A stretch of DNA of 64,000 nucleotides from Oculina patagonica (lineage: Eukaryota). The notes under the pieces were generated by a model. The model worked only from the letters and a program-made list of their open reading frames with translations. It ran no database searches and was not told the origin of the DNA. The translations under genes were made by a program, and so were the position numbers. Positions 13,502 through 27,400 of this stretch are shown piece by piece. Location of the stretch: positions 21,638,001-21,702,000 of the forward strand of contig NC_135761.1 of the NCBI RefSeq assembly GCF_052425735.1, in the 5' to 3' direction. How positions within the stretch are numbered: the stretch's first letter is position 1; each line of letters starts with the position of its first letter.

Positions 13502-13910
13502 ACCTTATTTGTTCAGGACGTTTTTTGCTGCATTTCAGACCATTTATTATGATATTGTTAAGAACTCTTGTTTTTTTTTAAAAAAAAATTTCAAGAGTGA
13601 TTTTTGGATGGGCAAAACCGGAACAATTCTGTAAACTAAGAATATCACTTGGTCTGAAATGGGAAAACAAGCAACTAACGGAGGTCTGTTCAAAAACGCA
13701 CAGAGAGCGGAAAGATCGTTTGAACACTGCGTTGAGTGATCCCAGTAATATGTTCCTCAGCTGTTACTTGGAAGAGTACTCAATTCGGTATGATCTATCC
13801 GAGGCAGCCACAAGTCTGGAAATAAGCTATATATTCTAGTGTAATTTTTAGGGAGGGCCACAGGTTTGTTAGCTTTGCTATTTAGTGTTACCCTCATTTT
13901 AAATAAAGTC

Positions 13911-13950
<40 letters not shown>
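13911..13950. repeat. (TTA)n microsatellite
   Basis: Read directly. Confidence 0.95.
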
Positions 13951-13952
<2 letters not shown>

Positions 13953-14249
13953 ATGCTTTCTGGGCTCTGAAACGTTTCCCAATCGTCAAAAAGGGAGGTT
14001 TTTTAGAAGTTTGTTGCTGTGGTCTAAAACGGAATGTAACTAAAGCGCCAAACGTGCGTAAGCCAATCATGCATAATTGGTTTTGCCTCTAATTAGTCGC
14101 CAAAATAAACAGCGTGATTACGCCGATTGGTTTACAGGTTGCACAAGCTAAAACTGTTTGTTTACGTGGACAACATCTGAAAGTTAACTTATCCAGTTAA
14201 ACGGGCAAAAAGAAACGTTTAGTTCAAATTATAGCTTTATAAGTTAAAC

Positions 14250-14547
14250 CGGGTGTTGCTAGACTGAGGATTCAGCAGACGGCGGAACCTCTGGAACCCA
14301 TAATTTAATTTAAAAAAAATGAAACTAAAAAAACCCTAAAAATCCCTAATATAACACTATTCGCAAATTCGTTTAAGATTACGATAAAAAAAATGTTGGT
14401 GACAAGGATGCTAAACATATATTTTTTTAACGTTATTTTTAGTCTCGTAAACGAATTTTCGAAAAGTGTTAGGGATTTTTTTAGTTTTTTTTTTTACATA
14501 AAATTATGGGTTCCGCGGTCTGCTGATCCTCAGTTTAGTAACACCCG
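14250..14547. mobile_element. MITE with long imperfect TIRs
   Basis: CGGGTGTTGCTAGACTGAGGA...TCCTCAGTTTAGTAACACCCG, flanked by direct GTTAAAC; the TSD/TIR boundary is ambiguous (5-8 bp). Confidence 0.8.
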
Positions 14548-15010
14548 GTTAAACCTAGTTATGACGAAATTAATCATTGATAAAATTACATTACATGTAT
14601 AAGGCAGTTGTCATGTTGGTGTCCATCTCTCGGGCACCGATAGAATTTTACAAGAAATGAAGTAGATTCTACCTTCAATATAATTAGCTTTCATCCCAAA
14701 GCTTTTTGGATATCACTTGTAAATACTGAAATATAAACTTTGAATAGGTTCCGTCGTTCATAAAACGTTCATTTGGGGCAACACAAATTTTAAAACGCGT
14801 TATTTTAGAAACGAAGCAATGAATCTATACCATAACTTGCATTGAGATTGTTTTTTATTATGTCTAAAATTTATAAAAGGATAGCTCAGAGTAGGATTAA
14901 CAGTTTAGATTTTAGAAGGAGGGCAAAAGTTTCAAACTAGCTCAGTAAATATCGGTGACGAAGCGGTAGTTTTTGTGATAGCGGTAGTTTTTGTGATAGC
15001 TCAGTAAATA

Positions 15011-16267
15011 GAGCGGTTTTCACTTGAGTGTCGAAAGTACTTTGCGTTTGCATTGGATTTGCGTTCACTACGCTTAGTGATTGGTTTAAAAATTTCGCGC
15101 CACTTTCTCGGCCAATTAGGAGTAAAACCAAAACCAATCGCGACTAGCCTGCGAATACAGCCGCCTCTCATTCGCGTCCCGCAACGAAGAGCGAAACACG
15201 AAGAGAGACGTCTGCGATTCACGGCCAGAAATTCCATACTGATGACGTAAATCTGTCCAGAATCCGGACAGGAGCGCTGATTGGTCAGCTAGTTAATTTA
15301 CATAATGTATGCGAAATATAACACTTCATTACTCGAACGGTAAAAAACCGGATGTTATTGCGGACTAAAAGTTGACCGGGGGAAGGATCGTAAAACTACA
15401 CCGAAGCTATACTATAATATCTATAATTCATATGTAATTGGGAAACAAAAAGAAACTGCTTTATAACAAGATGAACGACCTCAAAGATGTACAGAAAGGA
15501 CGCGCCACAGCGACCGTTAAAAATAGATCAATTTTGTCACCTAACTTTTATTGTTGACATAAAGGCAGCCAAACAAGCAACAAAAATGTGAAATACAGAT
15601 AACCTGAACGACCTGAACCATCCACAACCAAAGAATAAATGCTACAGAAAAACAGAATTTTAATTTGACAGACAGCGGGAAAGAAGAAACTAACTCAGAA
15701 GAATTGTTATGATCGTTGCGGTATCGGTATTTACGGCCCAACACCTCCGAGAGTTGCGCTCAAGTTCCAAAACAATGTCATCTAGTGATTTCGCAGCTTA
15801 TTTTTCCAAATTTTACTAATGTGCAACTCGTATAGGGATTTCCAATTTTCGCGATGAAGTTGTCCGGTGTAAATGACCCCTAAATGTGTCCTTGACTGCC
15901 TTGAAAGTGTTTGTGATCAAGCAAGTAATGTGCGGCTGAAAACAAAAAATAATTATGCAAGACCAACTGCGTGTGGTGTGGGAAATCTAATTAGTGGTTA
16001 ACGTCATCAGTATGGAATTTCTGGCGGTGAATCGCAGACGTCTCTCTTGGTGTTTCGCTCTTCGTTGCGGGACGCGAATGAGAGGCGGCTGTATTCGCAG
16101 GCTAAATCGCGACTCGCTCGCGCACGTTTTCCCGCGCTTCGTGCCAACTACATGTATTTGCTTCGAGTTTTGATTGGTTCCCTGGATTGTCTGTGTCGTT
16201 TGTGATTGGTCAGAGTAATTACTTTGGTTTTGGTTTTGGTTTTACGACACTCAATTGAAAACTGCTC
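15011..16267. mobile_element. TA-TSD MITE (outer element of a nest)
   Basis: TA|GAGCGGTTTTCACTTGAGTGTCG...CGACACTCAATTGAAAACTGCTC|TA; an empty copy of the target site lies at 14941-14965. Confidence 0.85.
15145..16104. mobile_element. Nested non-autonomous DNA transposon, ~105-bp TIRs, 9-bp TSD
   Basis: TAGCCTGCGAATACAGCCGCC...GGCGGCTGTATTCGCAGGCTA; TSD AATCGCGAC at 15136-15144 and 16105-16113. Confidence 0.88.
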
Positions 16268-16779
16268 TATCGGTGACGAAGCTGTAGTTTTTGACTCCAA
16301 CACCACCGACATATTAATTATCTGCAAAGACCAATCTCTTTCTTTCCATCCATGTAGCTTTTACAATTTCTTTTATCCTTCACTTTCGAGAACTTGATGG
16401 CTATGAGCTCACTTTCATTTCAGCTCATTTAATGTTCTAGTCTTGGTCAGCCGAGCTGCAAGAATGGTAGACAATGCTTAAACTCTCGCTCCTTTTGACT
16501 TGTATACAATGTATCATGTTCAGCTCAGTGCTCTTACAATTTTCCACGACAAGTAACTCTCAACGGGCCGAAAGTGTTCGTGTAGGACTCCGAATCAAGG
16601 GCTCGTCCCAGGGCTTTGTAGTGCGTGCTTACGTACGTACATACGGACAGCCGTGATAACCAAATTTTCGGCTGGATGGTTTTACCAAATTTTCTTAGCT
16701 GTGGGGCTAATATTGAAAGGGATGAGATGAGTCATTCAAGACAATTACTACCGAAACTGGTAGATCGCGAATTTTGACT

Positions 16780-16888
16780 TCGGCGCCAAACGTCAGCGAT
16801 TTTGGTCACGTGACTTTGCTCGTCAAACCAAAAAGGTGAACGCCCATGCAAAGCCACGTGACCAAAATCGTTGACGTTTGGCGCCGAA
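16780..16888. repeat. Short inverted repeat or MITE fragment
   Basis: TTCGGCGCCAAACGTCAGCGATTTTGGTCACGTG ... CACGTGACCAAAATCGTTGACGTTTGGCGCCGAA. Confidence 0.75.
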
Positions 16889-18416
16889 ATCAGTTCTCAC
16901 GCGAAGAACGAAAGGTAATGATACAGTCAAACCTCTCCTTACTAATAACTCTGTAATACGGATCCTTCCCTATCACGAGCAGTCACTTGGTCCAGAGATC
17001 GAAAGTCATAATTATAAACTCTACCTCGAACCTTTATAATACGAACACCTCCATAAAGTCAAACCTCTTTATAACACGGACACGGCCAAAGGTATAGGGA
17101 AGAGTGTCCGTATTATGGAGGTGTTCGTATTATAGAGGTAGAGTTTGTACTGACGAACTATCAATGGTCTCTTTGAGTTAAGTGAACTGTCTGTCTGCAC
17201 TTGTACTCTGATTGAGTACAAGTGCACCTGTCAAAGGGCGGTCCACAGGAAACCGCACTAAGGTGAGGACAGGTTCAGCCGTTTTTTCTGTACAGGAATT
17301 TTTTTGGAAATTGCCCAACACCTCCCCTCCCCCCTCAAAAAAATAATGGTCCGTCCCTAATGATCCTTTTTTTCTTGAAAGGCTCTTTGTTCACATAAAG
17401 CACACTTTAATCTTTTGCAAGAGTTCAGCTGAGTTACGTGCTGCTGTAAAGTCCATTCGCAGAAGTCGCAATAAAGTTTGTCGTTTGCAAATTAAGATTT
17501 GTTTTCGGTGTGTAATAGGAAATTTGAGCACTTTCTTCCTCTTTAGACCCCTAAATGATGAGTAAAACTATTTTCTTTAGTTCATAGTCTATAATTAAGA
17601 TCCACGCGATGTCAGTAGAACGAACAATATAAATAAATAACTAACGATAATTTGCATTGGCATTTCCACAAAGTGGCCCTTCATCCACTGACACTGTAAA
17701 AGGAAACAAATGTTGCAACTCGAACAGAAAACAGTGTTAAAAATCTTAACTAAGCTGTTTACACAAAGTGTGGAGTAGCTAAATTCGGGATCAAAGAAAA
17801 CCAGTCCAGCACCCTAACCACTAGGCCACGCTGCCTCCTTAAAAAATTGACGTATAATGGGTACTGCCGACTATTAAAGCAGTAAACCGGCATTAAAAAC
17901 TACTGTGATCCATGGTCTGGTTGCGATTTTCTTAAAAAAATAACGTTAATCCAGGATTAAAAGTCAATCCAGCTTTTTTAGTCTTCAAGAAAAAACTGTT
18001 ACTGCAAATAAACGTGTTTTATGGACTGGATTACTTCAAAATGAAAAAAAAAAAAGGTAAAAAAAGATCAAATCGTAACCGATTTGATTTCTAAAATGAA
18101 CGCTAATCAAGGATTAGCTTCAATCTTGCTTTGATTAACCAGGTCAAGTACATGAGACTGAAGTAGCCACTTTCCACTTTCCTTGAATATTTTAGGGATG
18201 TAGAAGGACTTCTTGAGACCTGTTGACAATCATTTAAGATTCACGAGACATTCCAAAACTTTCAGAACTTCCCAACAAACATATTCCACGGCTCAGCATA
18301 GCTTGAAATCGAGACGTTTACAAGTTGTTACCCATGAAGGTTTGTCTGTCTCACGTCGTAGTTTTGACATGTAGGTACAAGCACACATTTCGTCCACTCG
18401 TGTTTGGTAAGCAACA

Positions 18417-21400
18417 TTAAAAATCAATCGGCGAGGGTGAGAATTCTGAAGGATGCTCCAGGCGACAGAACACACAGTACTTGTGGTTTATCTCGTCATC
18501 CAATTGAGCAATCGAGAAAGGCTTGCTGCAGTTTTGACACTGAAATACCAAGTGAGGTTAAAACCATTTAAAAGTTATATTTTTTACACTTACAAGCGAA
18601 CTCCACTAACCTATGCCTAAAGTAGTAGCGGGAGAGTTCTCAACATATTCAAAAGCAACATGCCTAAACAATTCTTATTGGTCTATGAGCTCACTTTTTT
18701 TACGGGTAAATGACACAAAGCTAAGATTACTGTTGCTTGTTTGTTTGAGTTCCAGACAAAAGCAGGGGCTGGGGGGGGGAGGGGGGCTTTAGCCAATATT
18801 TCCAAGAAAATAAACAACTACTAAGAGTAGAACTCAGAAGAGTCTCTAAGCCCCCTCCCCCCACTTCAAGTCACTCCCCCTCCCCTAATTGGAAAATGGT
18901 TCGCCGTCCATGAAAAAAGGTAAATTGGATCAAGTCATTTCCTTTTAACTGCACTCATGAAAGTGTACTTCTTTCATGACTCGCCCCATTTCGTCTTCCA
19001 GGTAGTTCTTAAGGTTTACAATCACTTGAAAAAGCACTTGAACTTTAGGTACTTTAACACTAGTACTTTTTTTAAACTTTTAAACTTTTTTTAGCATTAA
19101 TTTTTAGCGGTATCTTTTTAAAGTAGTTTTTATAGATAGATAGATATTTTATACATACTCTTTTTAGTGCAGAATGCACTATTGTGATGGTTTGGTGGGT
19201 TGGCGGTTGCTAAACCCCTAGACCGCTAACGCGGTGTAAACTTTTAATCACCAATTAATTAATTAATATCAATTAATTAATTATTTCTGTGAAGGGGGTG
19301 GGGGTGGGGAGCACCTGACCGTACCCCTAGGTAAAACCTGGAGCACATCTATGTTACTTTCATATGAAGATCTCAAACGTATATATTTGTTTCAGAAAAT
19401 TCTTTGCTCTCCTTGTGGTACTACTCAACGTAATTTACACCAAACGCATGCGCAGATTAGTCTACGTTGTTTTCTGGAATTATCATGAACATCGCTTGTA
19501 TATTGCGTGTTTGCGGTAGGCTTCCTGCAGACTTCTTGGCGCCAAGTAAAAACCGCAAATTAATTAAATTAGATTTTGAGACTTTCACACCGCTTTCGTA
19601 ATTAGGTATGCAAAAACTTGCACCGGGATTTTCGGCGTGAACACCTGATAACCAGGAAACAAATATCCTAGCTGTACTGCGTTTTAAAAAACCTGTCGAA
19701 AAATATGTTTTTTGATTAGATTTGTTTCTTTAGTTTTTGAGAATCGTCTTTCGTGCAGTCTAAACCGTAACTTAATTAAATTAAACAAATGTCATCGATG
19801 CCGCCGTAAAACAAACAAAAAACAAAAGTTTCATGTTATCGCATTTTCAAGGAAGACAAAAGTATTTTGTTACAAACGAAGATTAAAAAAGATTAGCGTA
19901 AGGAACACCTGGGAAAGAATACAAGTAGCCTGTGAACAGTTTTTCCGAAAGTAAAATAAAGCAAATAAACACGAACATATATAAAACATCATACCTTCAA
20001 TTGTTCCATATTGCATTCTGCACTTACCAAATCATCGAGATTTTTTACTTTAAATTTGTTTTATTTTACACAGGGCCCCCGTTGATACCAGTCCTGCGAC
20101 TGAAGGGGTCACCCTGTTAAAATATCGATTATTATTATTATTATTATTAGGTGGCTAAATCAAATCTGTATGGTTAAACCACAATAAATGAGTCCTTTCT
20201 TGTTTAAAACAAACCTGAACAATTCTCAGTCCTATGTTTTTCCTGTGCTCTAACACTACTGGTATATCATCACTTGACTCTATATTCCACATCCGTACAG
20301 TTTTGTCCTAAAATGGAATAAAAAACCAAAAGATTGTAGTTTAAGGAAATGATTTAAACCCTACACTTTGATCTGTACCTAACACGCAATGCTGCTGGAG
20401 TGCATTAATTAACATGGATCAAACCATGAGAAACAAACTGAATTATAAAGACTCCAAATTCCTACCAATATGAATGAGCTTTTAGTGAATAGGAGGCAGC
20501 ATTAATTTAAAAATATCCGAAACAGCATGATAAGACAATTTTGGCTAGAGAAGGCTTATAATCGAGGTATATAAATGTCTTGAGTGAATCATATGTAGTA
20601 TATCAAACACAAGAGACAGTGTTTCATTGGCATATCCAACACCGAGAAGGGAGTTGAAAATATGACGCGCAGCTGAGTCTTTTTAACGAAATTCGAGGTG
20701 TTTGGTCAGCCAGTGAAACAGTGTTTCGAGTGTTTGATATATCTTCTCAATGGAAACAAAAACTAAGGAGTAAACAAAGAAATAAAATCATAAAAATCTA
20801 TGCTAATTAAGACCAGGTATCCAAACTTCCTTCACGGTTATGACTTTATTTGTTTTAACTCGATGAATTATTATTGAGTTTGAGAAATTTATATGAGCTG
20901 CAAATAAAGAAATGTTGATAGGTAAGATTCTTCCCAGTTGAACCCACGGACTCGAACCCTTGCAATTGATAAGTCCAAAGTGAAACCTCCTGCAAATTGG
21001 AACCTTTTTTCGACTCTACATCTACATCTACATCTATTAAGTTGATAACATCGTTTAAGACATCACATCAACTATAAAAAATAGATACAAAATAAAAAAC
21101 AAAATTTACATGTATGCATAAATAAGATATAAACTTAAAATACTTAGTTACAATTTACTTGTTTACATGCTACTCTCCTTAAAAATTCTAGTTATCAGGA
21201 TTAAACAGGTATTTTTAACATGCATTTGAGTGAATTTCTAAACTGTGCACTAACATTTGAGCAGGAGATTATCCATTTTTGGTCAGCACTAAATTTTGCG
21301 TCATTTACCCAGCCTGTGTGACCCTAAAAAACAAAAACCAGTTAATAAGACGTGAAGAGTGTTATTTACATGTAATCAGTAATCACTAATAAATTTGTCC

Positions 21401-24400
21401 ATCCAGCACATTTGTTTGTTGTTGTTACTAAAAAAATAAACATTTTTAATCCATTTAAGAAAAAAGAACCTATTTCCAGATTTTAGGCTGAAGATGCTCT
21501 TATCAAGAGGGTGTCAAACTGGCAAATTTTAGACTAACAGGTTCGTAAAAATTAGGTTCTTACTAACGGTTTTTTACTGTATTTTATTATTAGCAACTGA
21601 ACATTTAAAAGTCCTATACATGTATTTTCTGTGATCCAGCTGATACACTTTTTAAAATTACTGGTAGCCCCTTCCGGCTCTAAGAAGTGTTCCTCCCTAT
21701 AATGGTAATTGATTTTAAATGGTTCTTGTATAGCTCATTAACAAAGCTCAATGTGCTTAACAATCAGTGTTACAGGACAAGATCACACATCAGTATATCA
21801 GGTGTCTTTGGCAGCCGCTATCTGTCCATGTACATGATCTCTCCCCACCATAGCCCCAATCAGTAGGTATTGAGAAGAAAGATACCTTAAGAGCAAACTT
21901 CTGACAGCAGTTTTCAACATCCCAGATGACTAAAGTTTCATCATATGATGACGATACTAACATACCACCTGTAAGAGAGAGAACCACTTATGATTATCAA
22001 AGAGACTGTCAATTTATGATAAACCATATAGAGAAATACAAATGTTATCTGTTACATTGTTTTACTTCTTGCCTCATTTATCTGTTGATTTTGATTAATC
22101 AGTGTATATTGTTTGGGCAAAGTGTTTGGGTAGACTATACAAATTAAGATTTTTACACAGAAGCCGCATCATTTTACGACAATAAAAATGCAGGATTATA
22201 TTGTGTTTGTTCATTATGTTCTAACCATCTTCACTGAAGTTGCAAGCACTAATGGAACCTTCATGTCCTTTGGAAAAGGTAAGTGGGCCATGATTTCTAG
22301 AACAAAAAATAATGATAAAGTTACCGTACAGTATTTGATACTTCACCCCCTTTTCAATTTTTTCAATACCGTAATTCTGAAGTTTCCTGAAAACACCCTT
22401 GCTGTCTGTATCAGGATCCCAGAGGAGGAGAGGGAAGAGGGTGGCCAGAGCCCAGGAGCCTTAATATTCTTGCTGTGGTGACTGGAGTGCCATTGTTTTG
22501 TTACTTGGAACCCTTTGCTGCAGAACATGAAGCCCTGAAAATCTTTTCCACGGAGCCTAGGAATCTGATTCTAATTAGGGGGTCCAGAGCCCTGAAGCTT
22601 GGATATTTTGGGCCTGGAGCCTTAACTCCCTTTGGGAACCTGCTGTCTGCAAATGTTCAAATGGCCTGACCAGTGTGATGATGCTGTGAAGTAAAACATT
22701 TTATAGCTGCAGCACTTTTTGAATTTAGAAGTGGAACATATTGCTGTTTCTGTTACTGGGCTGTTCACAGATCCAGTTAACCAACAAAAACAATTATTAC
22801 CTATAGACACCAGTGGCAATGTCCCATATTTGAATGTTTTTATCCCATGACGCTGTGGCCAATAAGTGTTCATCCCTACTGAAACAACAGCTGGAAATGA
22901 CATTTATATGACCCCTAAAGAAAAACAAGAAAAATATATAGTTGAAATACTATAAATAACTCTGTTTTAGGGTTTGATGAATAATAATAGTCCTGACATT
23001 AGCATGACAGCTTTCCTTTCTCTAGTCAAAGAACCATTCATAACTGAAAAAATCTACTGATGACACTAAACAATGAAGCGTGAAAAATACTTGTATAGGG
23101 TTATTAAAAAAATAATTGAAAAATACTAAAAATAAACAAAGTAGCAAAAGCAAGGTTTTCAACCTGGCCAAATTGCTACCAAAACTAAACCGCAAAATTT
23201 ATACTAAATTTATTTAAATGAAAATTTGATGACTATGGAGGCCTTTCAAATGTGTATGATAGTAAATCCTCACCCTAGAGTAAGTGTGACATTGTAATCC
23301 TCTGTAAAGGTTGACATGTCAGTGATCTTTGTTGTTCTGTCCATGGATGTTGTACAAATCCGGTTTTGCATTGGAGCAAATCGGCAACATGTTACTGTAC
23401 TCTTGTGATCTGTTACACATGAAGGGAACAAAATGTAGGCCTATTAAAAGATTCTTGTTATCACAAAAACCAAAAAGAGCTATAATTGTATTCATTCCCC
23501 AATTAGTCACTTCAAAATTTAATGAGTTTTTATGGACTGTTTCTGTCACTCAATAGAAACATGTACACAAAATGTTATTTAAACATCTTTTTATTCCTCC
23601 ATATATGAACAGTCATCGTGTCTTTGAAAATTTTGGAGCAGGGAATGGGAAAAAATTGGAAAAAAATAATGGGAAAAAATAATGGGAAAAAATTAGACCT
23701 GGAACCCAGGGGGGTACTCTGGGGTCCAAGTGACGGGGATGTGCGAAGGATTTTTTTGGGGTTGAAATTTTCGATTCCGGGATTTTTTTGGGTAGGAGAA
23801 TTTGGCAGGTATTTTTTTGGGTGACTTGATTTAAATAGGGGACTTTTTTGGGTATTAAAAACGAACTAAAGTGCCTTGGCGCGGCCTTGGCAATTTTGGG
23901 GTAATTTGACTAGGGATTTTTTGGGGGTTATTTTTGGTCCAGGGATTTTTTGGGCAATGTCGGAAGACTAAGGGATTTTTTTGGGTCCTGAGTTTTGCCT
24001 CCATATGATCATCCCCGTCACTTTGATCCCGGAGTACCCCCCCCCCCCTGGGACCTGGATTTAAAGATTACACAATGTAATAAATTATGGGCCCCATCTC
24101 AAAGAACCAAAATATTCACACATTTTTTACACTCCTCACGGTCTTCTTATATTTATTTACCCCTGGCTTTCAGAGGATGGGGACATTTTGCTTGACGTTC
24201 AACTGTGGATGAAAACTCTAAAGATTATCAATGAAACTAGACAGCTATAGGTCTAATTACTTGTCAATGAATGTAGCTTACTCACTAAAGAGTTTCTTAA
24301 TAAGAGATCCCTCCCTGACATCCCACACATTGACAGCAAAATCCAGGTCACTGCTGTTGACAAGGTAACGTCCATCATGAGAAAAGTGACATGATGTCAC

Positions 24401-27400
24401 TATTCCCTCATTCATTGCTTCCCACTGAAAAGACAAAAGTTAAGTTTTTTGTTATTAGGCATTTCCTTATCAGCTTTAATTCAGTTTTGTTTAAAAAATA
24501 TTTTATTTCAAGAATCATGTAAGGCATTCTAAAACAAATTCCAAACCCACATCAGACAACTAATATTTTGCAATATTTGATAAAATTAAATTATAAATAT
24601 GATCTTGGCTTAAGTTTACCAATACTGCAAAATATTATTAATTTACTCTAAAAAGAAACAAGTTCAAACAAAAACTACGCATGATTTGCGAAACATAAAT
24701 GTTGAAAAGTGAATTCTGTAGGATAATTTATCCACCAAGTGCAGGGTTGGAAACTAAAATTTCGGAGCACTCGCCATCTGGGCGAGTGACCTTCAAATTG
24801 CACTCGCCCAGATCAGTTTTCACTCGCCCAGGATCCTCCATTAAAAAAGGGAAAATCTAGCCCCCCCCCCCCCCCCCCCCCTCCATCCACTAATAAGATG
24901 TACAACTTTAATTTTTTTAATCACGTTTGATCCTCACCATGCCACCTTGGTGGTCGATCGCGATGCAGACGAAATTTATTTCTCCCATGTAAAATCGGCA
25001 AAAATAAACCCTACTCCACAATAAAAACAACTTACTTTGTACAAGCTTGCCATCATGTAAAAATCACCAAACGGAAGCCATTTTTGTCTGTTTACGAACG
25101 TAAACACAGCCTTGTTGGAGATTTCAAAATGTTGGAAAACTATTGGCTTGTGGATAGTGTAGATTATTTTAAAGTTGAAAGAAAAAGGTAATGCTTATTT
25201 TGAATTTGTTGAAGTCGTACTCGCCAAACCGGGCGAGTGATCCGTGATTTGTACTCCCCCGACAGTTTTCACACTCGCCTGGGCGAGTGGGCGAGCGCTA
25301 ATTTCCAACCCTGAAGTGTCCAAATTTGGAAGTGAAACATTGGGACTGATTTGGAATAATTTATCCTCACTTTGATATCAACCTGGGGTTCAGGACCGTT
25401 TAGAGCTACCTCAAGGTTACTATTTTTAGCTACTACTAATTTAAGCAATTTTTTCTGAGCAAGATTTAGCGACCATTAAATTTAGCGAGTTTCTAAAAAT
25501 TATAAAAAAAAATTTAATATAAATTACTGTAACAGCGAAGATGAAAAAAAAAATGTCTAGTAATTGAACAAAGTCACTTTAAATTGAACATTACCGTTGT
25601 CAGAAAGAACAAAGGGAATTGCAAATGTTAGAAAGTGGGTCTTCGTCAGGGAAATCAGTCATATTCTCCACAATGCCAGCGATCCCAGCTCTCTCCCAAC
25701 CCTTCTTAATTGTTGCCACGGCTACCTTTTGACGTTGTCATATAGTCAAACAGGGCCACTGTATATTTAATTTTTTATTCCACTGGTGGGTGGGGGTATT
25801 AATTTAATGCATATTAAATTTCACCTAAACAAATTTCAGCGAGTACCAAATTTAGCGATTTTGGCCCAACTCGCTAAAATTGCTAAAATTTGTAGCCTGC
25901 ACTAACAATAGTCAACCTTAAGGTAAGACAATCATTACAAATTTCTTGTATACCGGGTAAGTCAACTGAAATTAGTCTTGAAATTAATGACAGAACATTT
26001 TAATTGGGTAATGTTCAAAGGCAGTCATACCAGAATTGTCCCAGTCTGAATATCCCAGACAATAAGCCTTTTATCCCATCCACCAGATGCAATCCTAAAC
26101 AACATAAAAATTGCAAGTTATGGACTGTTTAGTCTGAGATGGAATAAAGTAAGGTCCTTGACAGCCTGTGCAATTGAGAGAGCTAAACCCATCTTCAACA
26201 CTGCTGATTATCTATCCCCTCCCTCTCCCCCCTCACAAATGAATTTGATGTGGGACACATACAACAAGCCTTTAAAGCCAGCCACAGAAAGGAAGGACGC
26301 AATAATGTACGAAACAATGGTGAAAATTCTGTCAAATTGACAAGCAGCTTTATTTCTTTTTCACCAACAACCCCATGTATTCAGAAAAAATGTACTACTC
26401 CTGTAACAAACCTTGCATTGTTAGGATCTGTGTGGCAACAGGTGACATAGGAATTGTGGCCTTTATACACCTTGACTTGTGCTCCAGATGTGGCATCCTG
26501 ATATAGAAAAGCACAAGACATTTTTTAAACAAAAGTACCCATGTATTAACGGAGCATGTATAGTAACCTCAAATTGTGAATTATTAATGGTTCATTTATT
26601 TAAAAGAAACTCCAATTTAAATACTGTTGAGGGATTTTAAAACACATGATCAGGTTCCAAGGCAGGATTTGAAGATGGGCTTCTACAGTATACTTCTTCC
26701 AGACAGTGTGAATAAAAAGAAAGGAACCTACCCAAAGCCTTAGAGTCTTGTCATGTGAAGCAGTGACGATTTTGGAATCATCAAAGGTAAATGAACAGCT
26801 GTTTACAGCATCTTTATGTCCTCTTAATACTTTTATCTTCACCTATGAATTCAAAGCAGTTGGAAGACAAACATGTTAAATCTATTTTTAACTGATTAGT
26901 GTTTAAATTATTCGTAAAGAATCTTTTTCTGAAATTTGGGAAACTGAAATTGTAAAACCAAACTCTCAGTAGCTGCCCAAGGGTAGAAATAGGTTTTATC
27001 AGCAAATTGTTGATAATACATGCAAAAGAAAATTGCTCAAGAAAATAATTATTAATTATAATTATTAGGTGACATTTGCATGATTGAGTCATTTCATGTT
27101 TCTTTTTCTAACTATTGCTGGTAAAGCCAGTGTCTACCACACTTTGCCTCCCCTATCCCAGCCCCCCCCCCCCTTCCTCTCCCGCCCCATAACACTACTA
27201 CTGCACCAATCCCAGGGATACTACAGTTAATGACCAAGGCCCAGTTGTTCAAAGGGTGGATGACGCTATCCACCGGATAAATCAATATCCGGTGGATAGC
27301 GAAGTATGTTTTGTATAAACGTTATCCACTGGATAGCAATTATCTGGTGGATAGTGTTATCCGCCCTTTGAACAACCAGGCCCAGAGTGATCAGGGTGAT

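Noticed and set aside
9219-14100. Selenocysteine recoding of the NLR TGA, tempting because SCLY is in the same window
   Set aside because: The position appears to correspond to Trp, not Cys. The 3' hairpin at ~13563-13600 lacks SECIS geometry (AUGA/GA quartet with spaced AA) by eye. A SECISearch run would settle it.
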